This document shows, piece by piece, positions 25,378 to 32,000 of a stretch of 32,000 nt of DNA. A program made the translations under genes and the position numbers. The notes below the pieces were generated by a model. It was not told the origin of the DNA, did no database searches, and saw only the letters and a list, made by a program, of their open reading frames with translations. Within the stretch, counting starts at the first letter, position 1. Each line of letters opens with the position of its first letter. This stretch comes from Coprobacillaceae bacterium (GTDB lineage: Bacteria > Bacillota_I > Bacilli_A > Erysipelotrichales > Coprobacillaceae), in assembly GCA_963675915.1 (NCBI GenBank), contig OY780959.1, positions 840,001 through 872,000 on the forward strand, read 5' to 3'.

Positions 25378-25406
25378 ATTCTAACAAAATCCAGCTGTTA
25401 TTACAA
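25378..25406 (-). promoter_or_regulatory. Predicted sigma-A promoter of the truB unit
   Basis: On the minus strand: TTGTAA (25406-25401), 17-nt spacer, TGt-TAGAAT (25386-25378). Confidence 0.5.
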
Positions 25407-25476
25407 TTGTCTTGATGCAAACTTTCCAATATCATCACTACCTTGATTGTCCTCCAAGATGTTTTTACTAAATTGT

Positions 25477-25505
25477 TTGACCAAATCGAGTTTCTTCGAT
25501 ATCAT
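25477..25505 (+). promoter_or_regulatory. Predicted sigma-A promoter of the ttcA-like gene
   Basis: TTGACC (25477-25482), 17-nt spacer, TATCAT (25500-25505). It is divergent from the truB promoter. Confidence 0.45.
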
Positions 25506-25521
25506 GGTACCGGGTGATATT

Positions 25522-26256
25522 ATGACAATGAGAAAAGTATTAGGCTGTATCCGTAAAGCCGATGAAGAATTCAAACTGATTGAAGAAGGCGACAGAATCG
25601 CTGTCGGGGTTTCCGGCGGTAAAGATTCATCCCTTTTATTGTACTGCCTTGGTTTGTACCGCAAATTTTGCAAAGTGAATTTCGAAGTTGTTGGGGTCCA
25701 TATCGAAATGGGCTTTGGCGGGATGGATTTCAGCGAGGCTGATGCCTTCTTTGCCAAGATGGAGATACCGTTGTTCCATGAACCAAGCAACATTTATGAG
25801 ATTTTAAAAGCCCAGGAGACCGAAGACGGTCGGCTCAAGTGTTCGCTGTGTTCGAAACTGAAAAAAGCCACTGTAATCGAAGCAGCCAAAAAACACGGCT
25901 GCAACAAGGTGGCGTTTGGCCATCATGGTGATGACGCGGTGGAAACTTTGTTTATGAACATGATCTACGGCGGGGCGATTGCCACTTTCGTGCCCAAGAT
26001 GTATCTTGACCGCACCGATGTGACCTTCATTCGACCGTTGGTTTATGCCTATGAGTCTGATGTGATTGCTGCGAGCAATCAAGCCGGAGTACCAGTGGTC
26101 GAATCGACCTGTCCCGAGGACAAACACACCAAACGTCAGGAGTTCAAGGAACTGTTGGCCGACTTATACGAGAAATACCCGATGGCCAAAAGCAACCTGC
26201 TGCTGGCGCTGTCAAACGAAGAACAAGTCAAACTGTGGCATAAGGAAGATTATTAA
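25522..26256 (+). CDS. ttcA: PP-loop ATPase, TtcA/TtuA-like tRNA thiolase
   Basis: PP-loop VGVSGGKDS, CSLCSKLKK (CxxC) and a later conserved Cys (STCPED). I prefer a start at the ATG at 25522 or 25528, downstream of the predicted promoter. The ORF-track start at 25447 would lie upstream of that promoter. Confidence 0.8.
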   Translation: MTMRKVLGCIRKADEEFKLIEEGDRIAVGVSGGKDSSLLLYCLGLYRKFCKVNFEVVGVHIEMGFGGMDFSEADAFFAKMEIPLFHEPSNIYEILKAQETEDGRLKCSLCSKLKKATVIEAAKKHGCNKVAFGHHGDDAVETLFMNMIYGGAIATFVPKMYLDRTDVTFIRPLVYAYESDVIAASNQAGVPVVESTCPEDKHTKRQEFKELLADLYEKYPMAKSNLLLALSNEEQVKLWHKEDY

Positions 26257-26272
26257 TCTTCCTTTTTGTTTT
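26242..26272 (+). terminator. Rho-independent terminator of the ttcA-like gene
   Basis: A perfect 9-bp stem AAGGAAGAT/ATCTTCCTT (26242-26250 and 26256-26264) followed by TTTGTTTT. The stop codon lies in the loop. Confidence 0.7.
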
Positions 26273-26276
26273 GGCA

Positions 26277-26303
26277 AGAAAAAAAGCATCTTTACAGATG
26301 CTT
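26277..26303 (-). terminator. Rho-independent terminator of tyrS
   Basis: Stem AAGCATCT/AGATGCTT (26284-26291 and 26296-26303) followed by a T-run on the minus strand. The tyrS TAA lies in the loop. Confidence 0.8.
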
Positions 26304-27518
26304 GATTACGAAATATTTTTTCTTTCCACGACGGATAACTGTCGCTTGGTTGCCAAAAGCAGCTTCCTTGGTTACCATGAACTCAAGATCCTGGACTTTA
26401 ACCCCGTTGATCAACACGGAACCGTTGTTGACAAATTCACGCGCTTCCCGTTTTGATGAAGCGGCTTTGCAAGTCACCAGGGCATCGAGAATCATCATAT
26501 CTTCACTAACTTCCACACTTGGAACATTGGCAAAGGCACTTTGGATGACATCGAAACTCAATTTCGAAATGTCGCCGCTAAATAGCATTTGACTGATTTC
26601 AATCGCTTCATTGTAGGCATCTTCACCATGAAGGTAAGTGATTACCTCGTGAGCCAGAGCTTTTTGAGCGATTCGTTTATGTGGTGCTTCGCCTTGCTGC
26701 GCTGCGATTTCTTCTATTTCCTCTTTTGAAAGGAAGGTCAGGAATTTCAGGTAATCGATGACTTTGTCATCTTCAGCATTGAAGAAGAATTGGTACAGTT
26801 CATATGGTGAAGTTTTTTCCCGGTCAAGCCAGATTGCTTTTCCATCAGTTTTCCCGAATTTGGTTCCGTCTGATTTGGTCAAAAGCGGCATGGTGAAACC
26901 GTAAACCTCATCCCCTGAAGTTTTTCTGATCAATTCGATTCCGGCAGTGATATTCCCCCATTGGTCCTGTCCGGCAACCTGCAGGTCACATGACTTGTTT
27001 TCGTGAAGCCATTTGAAGTCCATCGCTTGTAACAGCATGTATGAGAATTCGGTGTAAGTGATTCCCGAGTCCAGACGGCTTTTGATGATTTCTTTTCCCA
27101 ACATATAGTTAATATTGAAGTATTTTCCGATATCTCTCAAGAAATCAACGAAGTTGACATCTTTGTACCAGTCATAGTTGTTGACTACTTCGAATCCAAA
27201 CAGCTCAACCGCTTGTTTTTTAAGACAATCGAAATTGTGTTGAACTTGTTCTTTGGTGATCATCGGTCTTTCACTGGTTGGTTTAGGATCCCCAATCAAT
27301 CCTGTTCCCCCACCAATCAAAAGGATTGGATTATGACCGGCATCTTTTAGACGTTTTGAAATCAAAAAAGACGAGAAATGGCCGATATGCATACTGTCCC
27401 CAGTCGGATCGGTACCGATATAGAAAGTCAAACCGCCTTTGTTCAACTTTTCTTTCAAATCAGGTGAACTAATATCCTTGATTAATCCACGCCATTCTAA
27501 TTCTTCATAAATATTCAT
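26292..27518 (-). CDS. tyrS: Tyrosine--tRNA ligase
   Basis: MNIYEELEWRGLI..., the HIGH motif (SMHIGHF), the KMSKS-type motif KFGKT and a C-terminal S4 domain. The ATG at 27518 is preceded by AGGAGGA. The 16 extra codons in the ORF track run through the terminator hairpin. Confidence 0.97.
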   Translation of the reverse strand: MNIYEELEWRGLIKDISSPDLKEKLNKGGLTFYIGTDPTGDSMHIGHFSSFLISKRLKDAGHNPILLIGGGTGLIGDPKPTSERPMITKEQVQHNFDCLKKQAVELFGFEVVNNYDWYKDVNFVDFLRDIGKYFNINYMLGKEIIKSRLDSGITYTEFSYMLLQAMDFKWLHENKSCDLQVAGQDQWGNITAGIELIRKTSGDEVYGFTMPLLTKSDGTKFGKTDGKAIWLDREKTSPYELYQFFFNAEDDKVIDYLKFLTFLSKEEIEEIAAQQGEAPHKRIAQKALAHEVITYLHGEDAYNEAIEISQMLFSGDISKLSFDVIQSAFANVPSVEVSEDMMILDALVTCKAASSKREAREFVNNGSVLINGVKVQDLEFMVTKEAAFGNQATVIRRGKKKYFVIKHL

Positions 27519-27529
27519 ATATCCTCCTA

Positions 27530-27560
27530 ATAAAAAAGGGGTCATATTGACGACCCCTTC
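27530..27560 (-). terminator. Terminator-like hairpin between the ccpA-like gene and tyrS
   Basis: In minus-strand RNA: AAGGGGUC-GUCAAUAU-GACCCCUU followed by UUUUAUU. It ends 2 nt before the tyrS RBS. Confidence 0.7.
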
Positions 27561-27563
27561 CAT

Positions 27564-27585
27564 CAACTATACCCTAGTATAGTTG
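27564..27585. promoter_or_regulatory. Perfect 9-bp inverted repeat overlapping a candidate tyrS promoter
   Basis: The repeat is CAACTATAC-CCTA-GTATAGTTG. On the minus strand TTGTTT (27604-27599), 17 nt, TATACT (27581-27576) would be a promoter whose -10 lies inside the repeat. Confidence 0.3.
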
Positions 27586-27606
27586 AAATCAGCTAAAAAA
27601 ACAATC

Positions 27607-28608
27607 TTATTTTGTAGAATTTCGCTTGATCAGCATATGTTTGACGATTATTGCATTGCTGTCAACATCCTCATTATTCAAGAATTTGGTCAACAATCTG
27701 ACAGCCAAAGCACCCATGTCATAAACCGGAATGTTCAGTGAAGTCAGAGTCGGTCTTGAAATAACCGAGTATGATGAATTCAACATTGCGACAACTTCTG
27801 TCTCTTCAGGAACCTTGATTCCCGCTTCATCTAGAGCATTGACGATGGCAACACCGTCTTTATCGTATCCACAAAGAACAACCTGATGTTTGTTTTGTTT
27901 GAAATATTCAACAAAATCGGCATAGTTCTTTTCGTAATGTTCAGACGAGAAAACACTGTTGGCATCGTTGAATACCAGATTATGTTCCTGGTAAGATTCG
28001 TTGATTCCTTCCATGATTTCATCGTTATTGATCAGGTTTTCTTGAGGATGGACATAGAGGATATCCTTGATGCCATTATCAAGATAACTGTTGACGATTT
28101 CTTTTACCGCTGATTTGACATCAATCGAAACCGATCCAATATCTTTGTCATCGATTTTCTTTCCGATAACCACAGTCGGCAAGTTGTACTTGTCAAGAGC
28201 TTGGATTGTCTCTTCGATCTTTTCATTGTTGAAAAGAATAACTCCGTCAACTCTTGATTTCACAACCCGTTCAACTACGTCTCCGATGGTATTCTTGTCG
28301 CCAAGATCATCGGTAGTGAACATGTTGATGTTGTACTCGAGGTGACGTCCGGTATCCCCGATTCCGCCAATCATGTCTTTGACATTGGCAAAAAGCGATT
28401 GCGGGAACAGGATTGCGATTGTCGTAGTCTTGCTTGTTGCTAGACCACGGGCCACTTCATTAGGTTTGAAATCCAGCCGTTCGATAACTTCCTGGACTTT
28501 GTTTTTGGTTTTTTCTCTTACTACCGGGGAATTGTTGATAACTCTCGAAACGGTTGCCAGTGATACCCCTGCTTCACGAGCAACATCATATATAGTAACT
28601 TTTTTCAT
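27607..28608 (-). CDS. ccpA: LacI-family transcriptional regulator, CcpA-like
   Basis: The N-terminus VTIYDVAREAGVSLATVSRVINNSPVVREKTKNKVQEVIERLDFKPNEVARGLA closely follows the CcpA HTH pattern. It has a periplasmic-binding-fold C-domain. I cannot prove orthology to CcpA, as opposed to another LacI member, by eye. Confidence 0.75.
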   Translation of the reverse strand: MKKVTIYDVAREAGVSLATVSRVINNSPVVREKTKNKVQEVIERLDFKPNEVARGLATSKTTTIAILFPQSLFANVKDMIGGIGDTGRHLEYNINMFTTDDLGDKNTIGDVVERVVKSRVDGVILFNNEKIEETIQALDKYNLPTVVIGKKIDDKDIGSVSIDVKSAVKEIVNSYLDNGIKDILYVHPQENLINNDEIMEGINESYQEHNLVFNDANSVFSSEHYEKNYADFVEYFKQNKHQVVLCGYDKDGVAIVNALDEAGIKVPEETEVVAMLNSSYSVISRPTLTSLNIPVYDMGALAVRLLTKFLNNEDVDSNAIIVKHMLIKRNSTK

Positions 28609-28609
28609 C

Positions 28610-29284
28610 TTAATCTCTTAAATCTTTTAGATCCACTCGTAATTCTTCGGAATCTTCTTTCATATCTTCTAAATCATCTTCAATATCATCATCAACGCCT
28701 TGGATTTTAAATCCGCCTAAATCTTCAGCCATGGTTGTAGATTCATCGCTGTCCACAGCGAATTCCTTAAGGACGTCATCATAATTGGCATCTTCACCTT
28801 CAGTATCGATTTTCAATCCGCTGTAAATGTCATCGACGCTGGTGTCGACTTCCGCACTTGCAACAACGTAGTCTTCTGGAGCATCAGGAAATTCCTGAGT
28901 TTCACCTTCGAACTCTTCCAAAGCTGCATTCAAATCAAAATCATTCACAGTTTCTTTCACTGATTCCATTTTGGCAGTGACGTTGTCTTTGATTTTGTTG
29001 AACTGTGGGGATTCGCTTACTTTGGTTTTTACCTCGGCATAGCGTTTTACCGCTTTATCCTTGGCATCTTCATAATCGAATTCATCAATTGATTTTTTTA
29101 CATTTGAAACGGTTTCGTTGAATGTTTTTTCAACATCTTCCTTGGATAGGTTTTTTAAAGTAGTTGAATACTCGTTATAGTAACTTTTTAAATCTTCAAC
29201 TGTTTCTTTCCCTTTTTTTGGAGCAAGCAACACGCCGGCAGCAGCACCGATGATGGCTCCAAACAATACATGATTCAATTTCAT
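28610..29284 (-). CDS. YtxH-domain protein with a highly acidic C-terminal half
   Basis: The N-terminal segment LFGAIIGAAAGVLLAPKKGKETVEDLK is the YtxH signature. The rest is Asp/Glu-rich. Confidence 0.8.
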   Translation of the reverse strand: MKLNHVLFGAIIGAAAGVLLAPKKGKETVEDLKSYYNEYSTTLKNLSKEDVEKTFNETVSNVKKSIDEFDYEDAKDKAVKRYAEVKTKVSESPQFNKIKDNVTAKMESVKETVNDFDLNAALEEFEGETQEFPDAPEDYVVASAEVDTSVDDIYSGLKIDTEGEDANYDDVLKEFAVDSDESTTMAEDLGGFKIQGVDDDIEDDLEDMKEDSEELRVDLKDLRD

Positions 29285-29287
29285 AGC

Positions 29288-29626
29288 CTATTCTCCTTTT
29301 TTCTTATGTTTTCTTCTGCTTCTTATCAAACTGGATGCTGTCTTGGCCGCAATATCGCTCGGATTAAATCTTGAATGTTTCGGTTCAAACAGCCGATTGA
29401 TTGTCTCAATCGGAGCATTCAAAAGGTCCAGTTTATAGTTGATATCATCTAGAATTTTATTGACACGCTCAATAGTTTCCGGCAAGTTTGCAGTTATCTG
29501 GTTGATCGATTTGATCAAGGCAGATGTCCGCAAAAACACCATTCCTAAAGCCATAATCGCAAAAGCACCGGCAAGTATGAGAATACTGAAACACAAATCC
29601 ATAATACTCATAGTATCAACACTCAT
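29288..29626 (-). CDS. DUF948 (YtxG-like) small membrane protein
   Basis: One N-terminal TM helix followed by a coiled segment (INQITANLPETIERVNKILDDINYKLDLLNAPIE). Its position upstream of ytxH matches the ytxG-ytxH pair. RBS GAAGAGGTGA. Confidence 0.75.
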   Translation of the reverse strand: MSVDTMSIMDLCFSILILAGAFAIMALGMVFLRTSALIKSINQITANLPETIERVNKILDDINYKLDLLNAPIETINRLFEPKHSRFNPSDIAAKTASSLIRSRRKHKKKGE

Positions 29627-29677
29627 AATATCACCTCTTCTCCCTCTATTTTACCACATTTACGGGTCCTGGTGTAG

Positions 29678-30982
29678 TTATTTTTTTAATTCGATGACTT
29701 TATCCTTCAATTTATAAATATCTTTGGAAGACATGAATAAAAACACCACATCGTCATATTGGCTCAATTCCTTAGCTCCGGTGTCATCAGCTTTGATAAC
29801 GACCGATCTAGGCGCCAACGTGGCGATATCATAAATATCGATATCAATCCCCGGTTCCTTTTTGGCGTTGTCAGGGAACGGAACAAAATACGGATAATCG
29901 CATTTTTCCAGCGCCTGAGCAAATTCATGTTTGAATTCCAACCCTCTTGAGAAACGGTCCGGCTGGAAGATTCCGACAATTTTCTTGCCTGGATAACGCG
30001 AACGGGTCGCATCGATCACATAATTGATTGCCGTTGGATGGTGGGCATAATCATCGACGTAAATATTATTTCCAATTTTTTGAACCGAATAACGGCGTTG
30101 AGTCCCCTCGAATGTCGCCAGTTGTTTTTGCAAGAAAGCGGCATCCATGTTTTCAAGATAACCCAAAGTGATGATCGCCAACGAATTATAAAGCATATGA
30201 TTGCCAAAGAACGGCAAGTTGAAATGACCGAACAGTTCTCCGTGGATGGTCACATCAAAATGCAGTCCGTCGCTTGACTGAATCACATTTTTGGCAATCA
30301 CATCATTATCGCTGTTGATCCCGAAACGGATCACATGATTGTCGAAATTGATTTTCCGGATGTTCTTGTCATCACCCCAGACAATCACGGTATCCTTGAC
30401 TTGTCTGGCGAATTTTGCGAATGATTCGATATAATTTTCCAGGGTATGGAAATAATCAACATGATCCAATTCGATATTGTTGATTATGGCATATTTGGGA
30501 TAATAAGAAAGGAAATGATCCTGATACTCGCAAGTTTCCGCAATGAAATACTTTGAGTCCTTGAGACCATGACCCACCCCGTCACCAATCAAAACCGAAG
30601 TCTTGTCAAAATCTTTGAAGACATGATAAGCCATTCCGGTGGTGGTGGTTTTACCGTGAGTCCCGGCAATTGCAATCGATTCGTAGTTTTCCATGAATTT
30701 TCCTAAAAAACTGAAATAACGGTCATAAGTGACATTGGGATTTTCCAAAGTCGCTTTGACTTCCTCGTTGGTATCGTCGAAGGCATTCCCGATAATGACA
30801 TGGTAACCATCCTTGATATTGTTTTTATCAAAAGAGTAGACCGGAATGTTCCGTTTCTCCAGTTCCGCCTGAGTGAAAATGTATTTGTCGATATCACTTC
30901 CGGCCACCTCATGCCCCAAATCGTGCATGATACAGGCCAGGGGTCCCATTCCCGAACCCTTGATTCCAATAAAATAATCCAT
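29678..30982 (-). CDS. murC: UDP-N-acetylmuramate--L-alanine ligase
   Basis: FIGIKGSGMGPLACIMHDLGHEVAGSD and the Mur ligase P-loop AGTHGKTTTTGM. The 434-aa length is typical. Confidence 0.95.
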   Translation of the reverse strand: MDYFIGIKGSGMGPLACIMHDLGHEVAGSDIDKYIFTQAELEKRNIPVYSFDKNNIKDGYHVIIGNAFDDTNEEVKATLENPNVTYDRYFSFLGKFMENYESIAIAGTHGKTTTTGMAYHVFKDFDKTSVLIGDGVGHGLKDSKYFIAETCEYQDHFLSYYPKYAIINNIELDHVDYFHTLENYIESFAKFARQVKDTVIVWGDDKNIRKINFDNHVIRFGINSDNDVIAKNVIQSSDGLHFDVTIHGELFGHFNLPFFGNHMLYNSLAIITLGYLENMDAAFLQKQLATFEGTQRRYSVQKIGNNIYVDDYAHHPTAINYVIDATRSRYPGKKIVGIFQPDRFSRGLEFKHEFAQALEKCDYPYFVPFPDNAKKEPGIDIDIYDIATLAPRSVVIKADDTGAKELSQYDDVVFLFMSSKDIYKLKDKVIELKK

Positions 30983-30985
30983 ATT

Positions 30986-32000
30986 CTATCTCTCCTTTAA
31001 AATGATCAGTTCTTTGGAAAAACCATTGAGACTGACCGCCCCTTCTTGGGTAACCAAAACCAAATCTTCAATTCGGACCCCCAGTTCATCTTTGAGATAT
31101 ATCCCCGGTTCGATTGAAAAAATCATCCCCGGAGTCACTTCAGTTTCAAAACTGGCGGAAACATCACCATATTCATGAACATCACGGCCGATGAAATGAC
31201 CCAGCCGGTGATTGAAATATTCACCATATCCAGCTGCCTCGATATATTCTCTAGCCACAGCGTCGATCTCCTTGAGTTTTACCCCTGGTTTAATCATCGC
31301 CTGAGCTTTGAGGTTGGCTTCTTTGACGATTTCATAAATCTTCCGGTGAGTCGGTTCAACCGCTTCAAAAAAGAAAGTTCTGGTCATGTCGGAGCAGTAG
31401 TCCTGATAGCGACATCCGATATCAACAACGATACTGTCACCGCGTTTAAGGGTGCTGGAATCCAATTCATGATGCGGATTGGCTCCGTTATGGCCAAAGG
31501 CGATGATTGGTTCGAAACTGAACCCGTCACTGCCAAGTTCCCGGTAAATCTCATCCAACTTGTCTTTAAGTTCAACTTCACTGTAGGCCCCGGTGGCAAT
31601 TTCACGCGCCAAAAGTTCCATGGCCTGATCATTGATTTTCGAAGCAATCACCATTTTTTCGATCTCAGTTTCATCCTTGACCATCCGTACTTCATCAACG
31701 CACGATGATCCCAAGGTGAAATGAATCTCATCGAAAACAGTTTGCAGTTCAAGCAGGAAGCGGGCCGGAAGGTCTTTGTCGACTCCGATTCGAGTAAGCT
31801 TGTTAAACACCGGTGACACCACCGAAGCCAAAGCATCGGTGTCGTCATACCAGACAATTTCCAGATCCAACTTCATATCAAGATAGAACAGCCGGTTCAT
31901 GATCAAAGTCAGTTTCCCGGTTTTAGTGACAACAAGGCCATAAAACCGTTCCCCGGGATGATTATGATAACCAATCAAATAAGCAATGGTTTTAGGATCA
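30986..32000 (-). CDS. M24B Xaa-Pro aminopeptidase/dipeptidase; 5' end lies beyond the window
   Basis: Metal-ligand motifs DIGCRYQDYCSDMTRTF, HRLGHFIGRDVHE, IEPGIY and VRIEDLV. The reading frame stays open to base 32000 (…DPKTIAYLIGYH…), so the listed TTG at 31978 is not the true start. Confidence 0.9.
   Translation of the reverse strand, partial: DPKTIAYLIGYHNHPGERFYGLVVTKTGKLTLIMNRLFYLDMKLDLEIVWYDDTDALASVVSPVFNKLTRIGVDKDLPARFLLELQTVFDEIHFTLGSSCVDEVRMVKDETEIEKMVIASKINDQAMELLAREIATGAYSEVELKDKLDEIYRELGSDGFSFEPIIAFGHNGANPHHELDSSTLKRGDSIVVDIGCRYQDYCSDMTRTFFFEAVEPTHRKIYEIVKEANLKAQAMIKPGVKLKEIDAVAREYIEAAGYGEYFNHRLGHFIGRDVHEYGDVSASFETEVTPGMIFSIEPGIYLKDELGVRIEDLVLVTQEGAVSLNGFSKELIILKER

Noticed and set aside
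24523-25446. FMN riboswitch or other leader upstream of ribF.
   Set aside because: The ribF start overlaps the truB stop, and the truB leader is about 15 nt. There is no space for a riboswitch.
25401-25793. 130-aa minus-strand ORF spanning the truB/ttcA divergent promoter region and the 5' part of the ttcA-like gene.
   Set aside because: It overlaps the PP-loop-encoding region of a well-supported plus-strand gene and both predicted promoters. It has no RBS or motif.
27519-27606. T-box riboswitch upstream of tyrS.
   Set aside because: Only 88 nt are available. I see no specifier-loop/stem I architecture and no conserved T-box sequence (AANNNGGGTGGNACCGCG-like). Only a simple terminator hairpin is present.
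1-32000. Mollicutes-type genetic code (TGA = Trp). I considered this because of the short SMC (985 aa) and the streamlined gene packing.
   Set aside because: TGA closes ftsY, ribF, truB and the GHKL-like gene at positions where the next gene starts immediately. All conserved proteins are full length under the standard code. murC also indicates a cell wall.
1-32000. CRISPR arrays, tRNA/rRNA genes, prophage or defence islands (restriction-modification, toxin-antitoxin, Abi and similar).
   Set aside because: I saw no regularly spaced direct repeats, no cloverleaf-compatible intergenic sequence and no ORF with nuclease, methylase or toxin-like motifs. The intergenic regions are short and are accounted for by promoters and terminators.

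Overview
This is a compact, moderately AT-rich core-genome segment of a cell-walled, low-GC Firmicute-like bacterium. The taxon is an inference from gene content and order. The standard genetic code applies, because TGA ends ftsY, ribF, truB and one hydrogenase-operon gene. All CDS are on the minus strand except the IS transposase and a ttcA-like gene.

Reading the minus strand from high to low coordinates, I infer these transcription units:
- pepP-like (5' end cut by the window edge)-murC-DUF948-ytxH-ccpA-like, then a terminator
- tyrS, then a terminator
- truB-ribF-ezrA-cysteine desulfurase-thiI, then a terminator
- A five-gene electron-bifurcating-type [FeFe] hydrogenase operon (hydC, GHKL-ATPase-like, cysteine-free HydD-like, hydB, hydA), then a terminator
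- ackA, then a terminator
- nrnA plus a 551-aa membrane protein, then a terminator
- OmpR-type response regulator-histidine kinase-smc-ftsY-ylxM-ffh, then a terminator
- A roughly 1.7-kb IS30-family insertion sequence
- rpsP-khpA (cut by the window edge)

I found no tRNA, rRNA, CRISPR array, prophage or recognisable defence system. No convincing wholly new system is visible by eye, and most of the window is ordinary housekeeping DNA.

The items most worth follow-up are:
- The two uncharacterised accessory genes in the hydrogenase operon, one of which has lost all four cluster-ligand cysteines
- A TSCSPGW variant of the H-cluster P1 motif in HydA
- A consensus cre box on the predicted hydrogenase promoter
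- The IS sitting exactly between the ffh terminator and the rpsP promoter, flanked by a 13-bp direct repeat
- A two-component system placed directly upstream of smc-ftsY-ylxM-ffh
- tyrS without room for a T-box leader
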